Assembly (NCBI GenBank): GCA_965203295.1
Contig: CBDBCZ010000019.1
Span: forward strand, 1,984,001 to 2,048,000
Source of the DNA: Nitrospirales bacterium
Lineage (GTDB): Bacteria > Nitrospirota > Nitrospiria > Nitrospirales > UBA8639
Length of the DNA: 64,000 nucleotides
Direction of reading: 5' to 3'
Part shown: positions 20,484-30,419 of the stretch, piece by piece
How the letters are laid out: each line of letters opens with the position of its first letter
Position numbering within the stretch: the stretch's first letter is position 1
Notes under the pieces: generated by a model
What the model was told of the DNA's origin: nothing
The model's database searches: none
Seen by the model: the letters and a program-made list of their open reading frames with translations, nothing else
Translations under genes and position numbers: made by a program

Positions 20484-21188
20484 ATGAATCAGACCGATTT
20501 CGCCTCCAAACTCCAGACGTTACTTCGACTCACTCACTCACCTATCGCCATCACGTTTTCCTCTTCACCACCTCAGAACGTTCCTTGGGTGGAAACCTCT
20601 GAACCGGCAAGTTGTGCCTATTGGCGAATGGCAGCAGAAGACAAAGTTTTCTACACCAAAGCATCTGACCATTACAATTGTCCGATAGGTGCACATACGC
20701 ATGGCGTTGAATTACCTGAGCAGAACCAGAAAGAGTTAGAAGGCATCGTTCAAACCATGATCGGATTGCAATATATTAAACAGGAAGAAATTGCCCAACT
20801 CCCGCGACGACGAGATAGATTTCGTTTCGCTATTTACACACCCTTGGACAAAGCAGGGGAGGAAGTCGACATTGCGCTCGTTCGGGGAACAGTCAAACAA
20901 CTCATGATCTTAGTTGAAGCCGTTCAAGCAGCAGGCGTGGGGCACACAACCTCTGTGATGGGTCGACCTACCTGCGCGGTGTTACCTGAAGCGCTTCAAT
21001 CCAGGAAAATTACGACCAGCTTGGGTTGCATCGGAAACCGTGTCTATACAGGCCTCGGTGACGATGAAGCCTACATGGCCATTCCTGGCACAAAGCTTTC
21101 CCATGTGACAGAGAAATTGGCAGCACTCGTTCAGGCCAATCAACAGCTTGAAGCGTTTCACCGATCCCGGTTAGCAGACCCAGTGTAA
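20484..21188 (+). CDS. DUF169 family protein
   Basis: PIAITF, SCAYW, NCPIG, RPTCA and SLGCIGNRVYTGL. Confidence 0.8.
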   Translation: MNQTDFASKLQTLLRLTHSPIAITFSSSPPQNVPWVETSEPASCAYWRMAAEDKVFYTKASDHYNCPIGAHTHGVELPEQNQKELEGIVQTMIGLQYIKQEEIAQLPRRRDRFRFAIYTPLDKAGEEVDIALVRGTVKQLMILVEAVQAAGVGHTTSVMGRPTCAVLPEALQSRKITTSLGCIGNRVYTGLGDDEAYMAIPGTKLSHVTEKLAALVQANQQLEAFHRSRLADPV

Positions 21189-21285
21189 TTCATAGGGCTG
21201 GGCTTTCAACCTATTGTCAAAAATTCTTCCTGTGCAGGACAGCCTAGGAAGATTTACCGTCTCTTGAAATTCGTCCTTCATTGGC

Positions 21286-21803
21286 TCAACTCTTTCCCCC
21301 AAAGGAAAGAGTCTGATCATGGGACCAATCTCTGGGATCACGACTCGATGCATGGATTAAGTGAAGAATACTTACTTCAAATTGACACGGCAAAGGTAGC
21401 CGTAATCGCACAATCACTTCTTCTTTCAAAGCCAACGAATATGTTCCATACAACAGACTCAAGTGGGGCTGAAAATGAAATGACGAGGACTTTGCGAAAT
21501 AGACCCGGGCTTGAGTATAGGCATCCAGAAGACTAGGAGTCTCTTCAGCCAACAGATACAAAGCTCGGAAATAGTGCTCCTGATACGCCGGCGTCGTGAG
21601 ACGGATATGAAAAGGCCTCAAGCCTTGGGCAAGATTTCTCGCCTTCTGCATGACTTCCGTCTCAGGACCTTCAACTTCGCCCAACAACGTGACATGCAGT
21701 TCAAAGAGTGGGCCTCCATATTGTTGACTTAGCTCGGTTATGGTCCCTACCAACTGATCATACACTTACCCGTAGGCATGAGCCAAAGGTGGTAGTTTGT
21801 CAT
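21286..21803 (-). pseudogene. 2H cyclic phosphodiesterase / 2'-5' RNA ligase-like protein with a 5' frameshift
   Basis: HVTL and PHLSLLYG motifs. The natural start MTNYHLWLMPTG at 21803 (GGAG RBS) is out of frame by one base with VYDQL at 21765. Confidence 0.72.
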
Positions 21804-21952
21804 GGGCTCCCACTCTCACTCACCCGAAAAAAGGTCCCCTATATCATTAAAGAAATATCTTAAAATTGATCCCGGAAATAGGGCGAGGCATTAAAAAGCG
21901 GTCTTTACTTTATGCGCAAGAAGTGGATCCAAGTCGTAGAACAAGCGTAATT

Positions 21953-22885
21953 TTAGCCAAGCTCAGTGGCCAGAGGCTTCCAATTTTCGTTTTGTTGCTC
22001 TGCATGATACGAACTTCTGACAAGTGGACCAGATTCCACATGACGAAACCCCAGCGCTAAGCCCTCCGCTCCCAAGGCATGAAATTCTTCAGGCGAGTAA
22101 TATCTTGCGACCGGTGCATGCTGTTTAGTCGGTTGAAGATATTGCCCGACTGTCAGAATGTCACACCCCGCGGCCCTGAGATCCCGCATCACTTCGCGAA
22201 TTTCCTCCACAGTTTCTCCCAAACCTGCCATGATCCCTGATTTAGTCTGCCTTCCCAGAAGTTTCGCCTTAACCAACAAGTCAATGGAACGACGGTATCG
22301 ACCCTGAGGTCTCATTGATGGGAACAGTCTGGGGACTGTTTCAATATTATGGTTCAAAATGTCCGGATTCGCGTCTATCACCTTTTTCAACGCCTCCTCT
22401 TTTCCCTGAAAATCCGGGATGAGGACTTCTACGGCACATGTCGGACTGGTTTGTCGGATCTGTCGAATAGTTTCTGCAAAGATCGAAGCCCCTCCATCAG
22501 GCAATTCATCACGATTCACCGAGGTAATGACTGCATGACGAAGTCCAAGCACCCGAACAGCCTCAGCTACTTCTCCTGGCTCCCCTGTATCCAAACCAGT
22601 TGGTCGGCCTGTGGTCACCGAACAATAATGGCAACGACGGGTACAGATGTCGCCTAAGATTAAAAAGGTGGCAGTGCGATTGTTCCAACATTCCCAGATG
22701 TTCGGACATCGGGCTTCCTCACATATCGTGTGGAGGCCTCGCGCTTTCACAATCCGTCGGATGTCCTGATAGTCAGACCCTTGTCGAATGTTGACCTTGA
22801 ACCAGGGAGGCAGGTGGCCCTTCCTCTTCTGGTTTCCTCTGGCCCAGCTTGGTTTTTGAATTTCGTTTACAGAAACGAATGACAT
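21953..22885 (-). CDS. lipA: Lipoyl synthase
   Basis: CEEARCPNIWEC, CTRRCHYC and GPLVRSSY. Confidence 0.97.
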   Translation of the reverse strand: MSFVSVNEIQKPSWARGNQKRKGHLPPWFKVNIRQGSDYQDIRRIVKARGLHTICEEARCPNIWECWNNRTATFLILGDICTRRCHYCSVTTGRPTGLDTGEPGEVAEAVRVLGLRHAVITSVNRDELPDGGASIFAETIRQIRQTSPTCAVEVLIPDFQGKEEALKKVIDANPDILNHNIETVPRLFPSMRPQGRYRRSIDLLVKAKLLGRQTKSGIMAGLGETVEEIREVMRDLRAAGCDILTVGQYLQPTKQHAPVARYYSPEEFHALGAEGLALGFRHVESGPLVRSSYHAEQQNENWKPLATELG

Positions 22886-23133
22886 ATCATTCCTTTCAAT
22901 GAATGAATGAGCCTAAAGTTTGAAGTTTATCACACTCTACCGTGAGTTGAGTCTAAAACTAGCCACCACCGAATCCAAGAAGGCTCCTTACGAAAAGGGG
23001 TTGGGCAAGACGAATGAATGCAGCGTCAAGAAACCAGGAGAGTGTTTTTGTGGTTAACGATGAGAGAGAGATCTCGCAAACCCTCAGGACATCTGCGTCA
23101 ACCAATCAAGAAAAAACAAGAGAAAGATATCGC

Positions 23134-24105
23134 TCATACTTTCTTAGGCATTGCTTTGTTTCGGAAACGGTCCACGTGCTTTTTGAATGAACGTTCACCT
23201 CGATACTCTGTCACACAGCGAGTTTCAAACAACGGGCTGGGATTCAAATCCCGGAGATGATCACGGTTCCAGGTGATATCCAGCTGCTCAATCATGGAGA
23301 TCAGAATCGGCACACCGTTCACACCAAGATGTCGGTCAGCATAGGAACGGGAAAAAATTAGCACTTCGCCGTCAAATAACACTGCGTTTATCTCACTTCT
23401 CACATCATGCTTCTGGTATTCCTCCACAAGCCGTTGGAATATGAGGGTTTGCTCCAATTCCTCGCCAAATGCAAAAAAGACGGAGATGCCAGCACGCCGC
23501 TGGTCATTGAGCACCTGAACAAAATCAGTTAACTGTGTCTCGTCTCTCATTTGAGACTGTCGAAGAATGAACACCCGACGGATTTTGACCCCTCGCCGAA
23601 CGGCACTTTGATTAGCCATAAGATAATTGGGAAACAAAGACCCATCACGTTTCCAAATCTGCCAACGTTCCATAATGGAGTCTACTGAAAGTTCCACCGT
23701 CCCGATTAAGGCTAACGCTTCGTTATAGGCGAGCGTGCCCTCATACGTCAGCATCTGTGATTCTAATTGCCGAAGCTCCTGGCCAATGGCTTCAACCTTC
23801 TTGGGAATATACCGAGGATGTTTGGGAACATTCACCATCACATCGACGGCAGTGAGCGCCATATCCCAATGACTTTTTTCTTCCGGTGCTGCTCGATCCT
23901 TTTGAGCCAAGATCAAAATTTCTACCGGACTTTTTTCTAAAAGGTTCGCCATTCTAATGCAAACGGATGTATTGGGAACCTTCTTTCCTCGGCGGAACCA
24001 ATTGGCTTCCGGTTGGCTTACCTTGAGTTTTTTCGCCAAGGCATAATCATTGGCAATCCGATATTTCTGTTTAATTTGGTGAATGTATTTAGGGATACCC
24101 GCCAT
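23134..24105 (-). CDS. Putative transcriptional regulator: N-terminal XRE/phage-repressor-like HTH fused to a C-terminal domain
   Basis: NDYALAKKLKVSQ..RRGK HTH; C-terminal AVRRGVKIRRVFIL and VLFDGE. Confidence 0.65.
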   Translation of the reverse strand: MAGIPKYIHQIKQKYRIANDYALAKKLKVSQPEANWFRRGKKVPNTSVCIRMANLLEKSPVEILILAQKDRAAPEEKSHWDMALTAVDVMVNVPKHPRYIPKKVEAIGQELRQLESQMLTYEGTLAYNEALALIGTVELSVDSIMERWQIWKRDGSLFPNYLMANQSAVRRGVKIRRVFILRQSQMRDETQLTDFVQVLNDQRRAGISVFFAFGEELEQTLIFQRLVEEYQKHDVRSEINAVLFDGEVLIFSRSYADRHLGVNGVPILISMIEQLDITWNRDHLRDLNPSPLFETRCVTEYRGERSFKKHVDRFRNKAMPKKV

Positions 24106-24379
24106 TCCCTACACCCCTACCCTTGCGTTAAAAAGTCCGTCTCTCGTGTTGGAAATTGGAGTTTTTCACTTCTCTCCCAAAGCAGCATGTTACTGATGGA
24201 GAGAAAGACAAAACAAGCCTTAGCAGGCGGCGATTTGCCCATCATAACTCATAGGGCATTGATAAATTGCTCTCTCTCTAATCTTTTCGAAGTGTATGTG
24301 AAAAAGCTTCGTGCATGTACTCGCCAACTACGGCATTGGCAAAGTAAAATGTCACACATTAAATTATTAATGATTGTTA

Positions 24380-24388
24380 TGTTATAAT
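24380..24388 (+). promoter_or_regulatory. Extended -10 promoter element divergent from the HTH regulator
   Basis: TGTTATAAT in an AT-rich patch. Confidence 0.4.
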
Positions 24389-24650
24389 AAAAACCTAATA
24401 TTACACAAGGAACGCGCGGGAGGCCCGAGCCCGTTGCTTGCCCCACACAACTCCCCAAGACACTCTCTTCCTTCCACCGAATGCGTTGCAGAAAAGAAAG
24501 ACCTTGACTAAACCTTTCTTCTCCTACCCCTTCCCATAGTTTTTTTACTTCTTAACTTGCGATATCCATCAACCGTAGCTACTGGAGGCTCTGGCAAAAT
24601 CCTTGAGCGCGACCTAGTCCAAGTCCTCGGGCCGTGCTAGATCTCTACTC

Positions 24651-24738
24651 CGCACCCCTTATGCAAAAACTTGAGCTGCAGAAGCGGGTTGAACTGGTTC
24701 GCTTTGCCCGTGAGGCCGATCTCTTCTCTGATGTGTGA
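24651..24738 (+). pseudogene. C-terminal remnant of a LuxR/NarL-type HTH
   Basis: MQKLELQKRVELVRFAREADL* resembles the end of a NarL HTH; no upstream ORF. Confidence 0.5.
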
Positions 24739-25540
24739 GTTGTTCCAAAATCGATGATGTCCTTCCCTGTTCGTGAGTGGTTTTCCCGGCAACATTTTAT
24801 AGTTTCCCCGCTACCGGTTGGCTGGAAGCACGAATAGCCTTATTTCATACTCGATGGGGTTTCAGTTCCTGGCTTCATGGAGTAACCACTCAACCATTGA
24901 TTTATTGAGGAGTGGACTGAGGCATTCGAGATGAATATCCCTTCCGGCAAGAAAGTGCGACGCCAGAATTCGGGTTGAGACCCGTACCTATTCTGGTACA
25001 TAGGTGTATAGGTTCATGTACAACTCTTCCCCTTCCGTGTGCCTCTCCCATCAAGATGTCTGTCTCAAAAGAATTGGTATTTCAATAGATTAGACAAAGT
25101 AATGTCTGGGTCCAGAAAACAGGAACACATTTTGCTTACTGTTTATGGAGGAAGATCTTGTGGTCGAATCTTTCTCAGTTGGCAAAGAGGCCCCCAGGCA
25201 TTGGGGAGCTGGGCTTTTCACGATGCTGCTGGCAATGAATGTAGGAGCTCTCTCCTGGAGGCGCTCCCGAGATGACAGGCAGTGGGAGGGAGCAGAGCTT
25301 CAGGTGGGGGAGACATTGTTCTAGCTGAACAGAGCAAGACCTTTACAGGCATTCCGGAGCTCGGGAGATGGGCCATAGTCCGGAACACGGATAAGGCGAA
25401 GGCTGTCACCGAGTTGATATAGTCAGTCCCATCAGGAAATGTTGAAAAAACTCAACAATGGCGAACAACGACCTAATCTGTCAGCCGCTAATGCTAAATT
25501 AATTGATTGAAACGTTGCCAATGCCAAAAGCAGCCGTGAA

Positions 25541-25991
25541 ATGTCGACTCAGTCGCAGCTAGTTGAAGCAATGTTCCAAGACCCTGAGTACGTGCGCCTG
25601 CCTCAATCTGCGCAAAACCTCCCGCGCCATTACCCGGTACGTATGATAACGCTATCCGCCCATGTGGGCTTCTGCCGACGCAGATGCCCGTCCTGGTCAC
25701 GCTCGCGGTCAGTGAGCAAATCAGCGTGACGCAATTAGCCCAGCAGTTGGTCATGGACACCTCGAGCGTCACGCGGAGTCTTAAGCCTTTGGCCGATCGG
25801 AAGCTTATCACCCTGACAAGGGGGAAGAGGAGTCACACCCAAGCAGTCTCACTGACCCTTCGGGGTCACGCACTCCTCACTCAAGTCTTTCCCCTATAGG
25901 AGCAATCGCAGAAGCAGTTAATCGCGAAGTTGGGCCGCAAACGCTGGCAGAAATTGCAAGCGTTACTACCTAGTGCGGTGCATGGCAATAA
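25541..25991 (+). pseudogene. MarR-family regulator pseudogene (3' end approximate)
   Basis: ACLNLRKTSRAITR / DNAIRPCGL..TQ..VL..LAQQLVMDTSSVTRSLKPL..LTLRG across frames; TAG at 25897-25899 where Trp is expected (PL*EQSQ). Confidence 0.8.
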
Positions 25992-26104
25992 ATATTGTTT
26001 TTGTTCGAGAGGTGCAGAAATAAAGTCTCCCGCCTTAATTTTAATTACCGTAACTTTAAAGCCATGCCCATTGGGTAGGTGCTTCACTTAGGAGGGAAGC
26101 AATC

Positions 26105-26556
26105 ATGGAAAAAAAGAAGTCGTCGCTAAGTTACTTGCTGCAAAAGCGGCTACAGGTAAAACCTACGATGAATTGGCAGACGCCTTAGGGCTTTGCAATG
26201 TCTACGTGGGACAACTCTTTCGCCGTCAAGCTCAATTAAAAAAGGACACCGAAGCAAGGCTAGTCAAGCTTGTGCACGGCCTGACCGAAGATCTCCTCAA
26301 AGAAATGCGGAAGTGTCCTATGCGATCTTTTGATCCGGCTGTTATTCAAGAACCACATATCTATCGTATGACAGAAGTGTGTTGCCATTACGGTGATTCG
26401 ATCTTGGAAATCATGAACGAGCAGTTTGGCGATGGCATTATGTCAGCCATCGATTTCAAGCTCACCGTCAGTAAGCGCAAGGGAGACAAGGGAGAAGATC
26501 GAGTCGTCTTGACTTGGGATGGAAAATTCTTAGCCCATATTGAACAAACAAAATGA
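26105..26556 (+). pseudogene. cynS: Cyanase (cyanate hydratase) with a -1 frameshift in an A7 run right after the start codon
   Basis: EPHIYRMTE, EQFGDGIMSAIDF and DGKFL. The ATG at 26105 follows AGGAGG; A8 would give MEKKEVVAKLLAAK in frame. Confidence 0.9.
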
Positions 26557-26842
26557 CAGGTTCGTGATTTTCCCTTACTTGAAGATTTAGAAAGAGGCGC
26601 TTCCGGGGGATTCCTCCGGAAGCGTGAGGGAGAGTCGACTGGTATCGTAGAAGCTTCTCAATGAGGATTTATAAAGTTCTCCAACGAGAAGGAAGCTCAT
26701 GAATACCATCATCGTGGGGGACCTAGAGTGAGAATAAGCGCGGTTTTTGAACCATCCGCAATGAAGGTCTAGGTTATTTAGGGCCACCAACAGTCGTAAT
26801 TTCCGAGATGTCCGATAAGGACATTACGTTAAGGAGGAGGAA

Positions 26843-27643
26843 ATGGACTACGTAAAACCAGCTGATATAGCTGCCAGCATGGCTGCAGTAGGCGCGACGA
26901 AGGCCAAACTGCCCGTCAGTTCGCTTATCTTGCGCGGCGCATTAGCAGGAGCGTTTCTTGCTGTCGCGACGAGTATGGCAGTCACTGCGGCGGTTCAGAC
27001 CAGTTTCCCGATTGTAGGCGCGATCATTTTCCCCTTTGGGCTCTGCCTTGTGATCTTACTTGGGACAGAGCTGATCAACCGGTAGCTTTGCTCTATTACC
27101 GTGCGCGACAGCCGACAATGCAGCAGATTGGGGGCAGGTGCTCGTTAATTGGGGATGGGTCTTTCTAGGCAATCTCATCGGCAGTGTCGGTTACGCCATC
27201 CTATTGTCCATCTCACTGACCATGATGGGTTCCTTTGATCCTTTGCCCGTCGGTCAAAAGCTTGTTAAGGTCGCCGAGGCGAAAACAATTGGGTATGCCA
27301 GCCCATGGTGGTGCCGGAATGGTCACCGTGTTCGTGAAAGCAATTTTGTGTAACTGGATGGTGAGTCTTGCTGTCGTGATGGCCATGGCGTCGACATCTG
27401 TCATTGGAAAGATGCTGGCAATATTGGTGGCCCGTGATGCTCTTCTTCTCTCAAGGCTTCGAGCATACCGTGGTCAACATGTTTGTCATTCCTGTCGGCA
27501 TGTTGATGGGTGCCAACGTTTCTATTGGACAATGGTGGATCTGGAACCAAATTCCTGTCACAACAGGAAACCTTGTTGGGGGGATGTTCTTTACAGGCCT
27601 GGCTATTTATCTCACCCACCGCCCACCAAAACAGACGACTTGA
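26843..27643 (+). pseudogene. Formate/nitrite transporter (FNT) family protein, putative cyanate/nitrite channel, with three +1 frameshifts
   Basis: FPFGL..GTELI-TG, VFLGNLIG, KAILCNWMV, GFEHTVVNMF and PVTTGNLVGG; extra bases near 27077, 27300 and 27421. Confidence 0.9.
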
Positions 27644-27724
27644 GAATATGTCGTCATTCGAGGATTGTTCATCCGGGCTGAGACTTCCAAAGCATTTTGG
27701 AGATGAACAGGCCCGAACATTCAA

Positions 27725-27903
27725 GTGAAGCTCCCCGCGCTCCCGCGCGGGGCTTCTTCTCTATTGCGGAACTCTCCGAAGCGAGTAGCTCTTCCCTCGC
27801 CAAATTGCCGATGCGCTAAAACCACTTTGGGAGTGTCGCGGCTTCAGAGGGGGACTCTCCGCCATTCAAGCCCACCCTCGCGGGTGGGCATACAGGTGAA
27901 GGA
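27725..27903. mobile_element. Possible IS200/IS605-derived non-autonomous element (paired terminal hairpins)
   Basis: Hairpins CCCCGCGC-tccc-GCGCGGGG (27733-27752) and GCCCACCC-tcgc-GGGTGGGC (27870-27889) flank non-coding DNA. Confidence 0.45.
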
Positions 27904-28094
27904 GAGTAAACGGCTCGGCTGAACATTTCCTAAAGACAGGAATCTCTCCTCAACCGGCTAAACGGCAAGACATGCATTGTATTTCACTAGTATGTCTCGT
28001 CGGGCCCTGATTTGGGCAGATGAATCTGACAATCTTCCTACCCTCAGGCCCGTGACAATTTAACGAAAGGCGAGAAGATAACGTGGCTATAAAC

Positions 28095-28132
28095 AACACG
28101 GGCCATCATCACAAATGATGATGGCCCGTGTT
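28095..28132. terminator. Perfect 17-bp stem hairpin, probable terminator
   Basis: AACACGGGCCATCATCA-caaa-TGATGATGGCCCGTGTT. Confidence 0.65.
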
Positions 28133-28667
28133 TGGCGCTTAGGCGCCGATCTTTCTTATTTTTGGTTAACCCAATGGGCTCACGAACAAGGCATCTTGTT
28201 CTCCCGTCAGAGTCACGGGCCGCCGAGTGCGTGACCTTTCTGAGGTCCTTCGCTTCTCCAGACCTCATATTCCTCTTCAATAATAATGCAGTTAGTCTTT
28301 TATCGTACCCGTGGGACCTGGTGGCCTGTCTGCCCTCTCCTCTTATTATTTAGGTCCTATACATTAGAAGACCCCCTCTTGTGAAACCTGGAACACTCCT
28401 CACAGAGATTTCCACGCAACATACAATCACCAATTGCAAAAAATCCTATACCCCTTACCAGCTATGTCAACTGGAGACTTGAGATTTTGATCAATGTATT
28501 CGTATGATGTCCCTAAGCAACTTTTGTTTGTAAATGATCGTGCATTGATGAGAGAAAGGTCAGAATACAAGCGATATCATCTAGAAGCCCGCCTCCAAGG
28601 TCACCTCAAACAATAAAGAACATTCAATAAAGAACATTTTCATTGTATATGATAAGGAAATAGCTCC

Positions 28668-29504
28668 ATGAAAAACGTTTTGCAAGATTTTGTGAATATT
28701 GTTTGTTCTTTTCCCGGGAACACCCGCAACTTCATGATGGGTAGACTGAATGGAATTCCTCTTGTGATCGGGGTTCTAGGGCTTGTTCTTTTCTGGGGCA
28801 TCTCTATAGCCTCAGGTTTTGGCAGCAACTCGGATCAGCCAAGTGAATTGCCAAAGCCTAAGCTTCAAACAACCCCTCCTATTTTCAAAGAGTGGAACTT
28901 TGATTCAGTTCCCGCTGAAGGAAAACCTCCTGGTTTTAGTACCGCCACGGCTGGCCAGACACCCTCTGCCAAATGGCTCGTATCGGGTACCGCCTCTGCT
29001 CCCAGCCAACCCCACATCCTCACACAATCAGTGGCTTGCCCAGGCTCTCCTTGTTTTCATCTCTTGCTTGCCGACAATACACAGTTTGATTACTTTGATC
29101 TGTCGGTTCGCCTCCGCTCCACGTCTGGATCAAACGGCGGGGGTGGTCTGCTGTATCGATCCAATGACGGGAATCACTTTTATGCTGTGTTAGTGAGTCC
29201 AGATGCCCTCTCTTTGGAAGCTCTGCGAATCTCTCACGGAGAGATGACTTCCTTAGGACAAGCGAATTTGAAACATCGGCAGGGAGATTGGCACTCTCTT
29301 CGAATTCAACGAAATACCATTATTAGCAAGGAAATGATTGAGGTATTTTTCGATAATCAACTGATCCTATCCCTTTCCGATCAGACGATCCGTGGAGGGC
29401 AAGTTGGTCTCGTCACGACTGGCACATCGACCTATGGCTTCGATAATTTACGAGTCGTGGAGTTGTTAGCAAGTCGCCCGCTGTCACGACCGCCGGCCTA
29501 TTGA
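28668..29504 (+). CDS. Membrane-anchored/secreted ConA-like (DUF1080-like) beta-sandwich protein
   Basis: TM segment, EWNFD, DLSVRLR..GGGGLLYR, WHSLRI and GGQVGL..FDNL. Confidence 0.7.
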   Translation: MKNVLQDFVNIVCSFPGNTRNFMMGRLNGIPLVIGVLGLVLFWGISIASGFGSNSDQPSELPKPKLQTTPPIFKEWNFDSVPAEGKPPGFSTATAGQTPSAKWLVSGTASAPSQPHILTQSVACPGSPCFHLLLADNTQFDYFDLSVRLRSTSGSNGGGGLLYRSNDGNHFYAVLVSPDALSLEALRISHGEMTSLGQANLKHRQGDWHSLRIQRNTIISKEMIEVFFDNQLILSLSDQTIRGGQVGLVTTGTSTYGFDNLRVVELLASRPLSRPPAY

Positions 29505-29648
29505 CCTCTAGCCTATTGACCATTTTGCGAAGGCAGATTCTCTTTCCGACATTTGCCTTTTACTTCTTTCACCGTTGATTCCAACTAGGCAAGGCAGGTC
29601 ACTGCTCTCGCACTTCTTCTTACCGGAAGGGAGATCGTCCCGCGTCTC

Positions 29649-30194
29649 TCACATGGCAACAGAAGAAAGAAGGTCCAGTAAGTTGTTGATATCTTGGGAT
29701 GCACATACCAGGGCGCGATTTTCCGAGGTGACAAATCCCTCATTGACTTGATAGTCGAAAAACGCCAGCAAGTGATCAAAGAAGCCGTCCACATTGAGGA
29801 GACCACAGGGTTTGTGATGAAGGGTGAGTTGTTTCCAGGTCACTATTTCACAGATTTCTTCTAGAGTCCCAAATCCACCGGGAATAACCATAAACGCATC
29901 GGACAGGTCGGCCATCAGAGCTTTCCGTTCATGCATCGAGCCAACAACATGTAGGGCTGAAAGACCTACATGGGCGAATTCTTTTTCAACCAAGAAGCCT
30001 GGAATAACCCCGACAATCTCTCCTCCACCCATAAGCACTTCATCGGCCAAAACACCCATCAAGCCCACGTTACCGCCGCCATATATTAAGCCAATCTTTC
30101 TGCGCAGAAATTCTTTGCCGACTTGCTTAGCCATCTCAGCATACCAAGGCCTTACCCCCGTGGAAGAGCCGCAAAATACACATGTTCGGTTCAT
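29649..30194 (-). CDS. LOG family (TIGR00730) nucleotide phosphoribohydrolase
   Basis: CVFCGSS, YGGGNVGLMG, MHERK and PGGFGTLEE. Confidence 0.95.
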   Translation of the reverse strand: MNRTCVFCGSSTGVRPWYAEMAKQVGKEFLRRKIGLIYGGGNVGLMGVLADEVLMGGGEIVGVIPGFLVEKEFAHVGLSALHVVGSMHERKALMADLSDAFMVIPGGFGTLEEICEIVTWKQLTLHHKPCGLLNVDGFFDHLLAFFDYQVNEGFVTSENRALVCASQDINNLLDLLSSVAM

Positions 30195-30419
30195 GAATTT
30201 CGTGTCCTCATTTTATCGCCTCGATTCATTTAGATGCTTTAAATCGTATTTTGACGTGCGCAGGGCTCGCTTCCAATCAATGTTTGGCTATTAGAGAAAG
30301 AACAAACGGGTCGTAAATCTCGTTAAGCAAGAAGGCGCTTGAGAGGAAAGATCGTCAGAAAGGAGTTCATTGCTGACTCTGATATTTCTCTTTTCATCAA
30401 CAATGAACGAATTAAATAG

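Noticed and set aside
24013..25409. ORFs 24013..24387, 24249..24458, 25039..25275 and 25218..25409
   Set aside because: No RBS or recognisable motifs; likely spurious.
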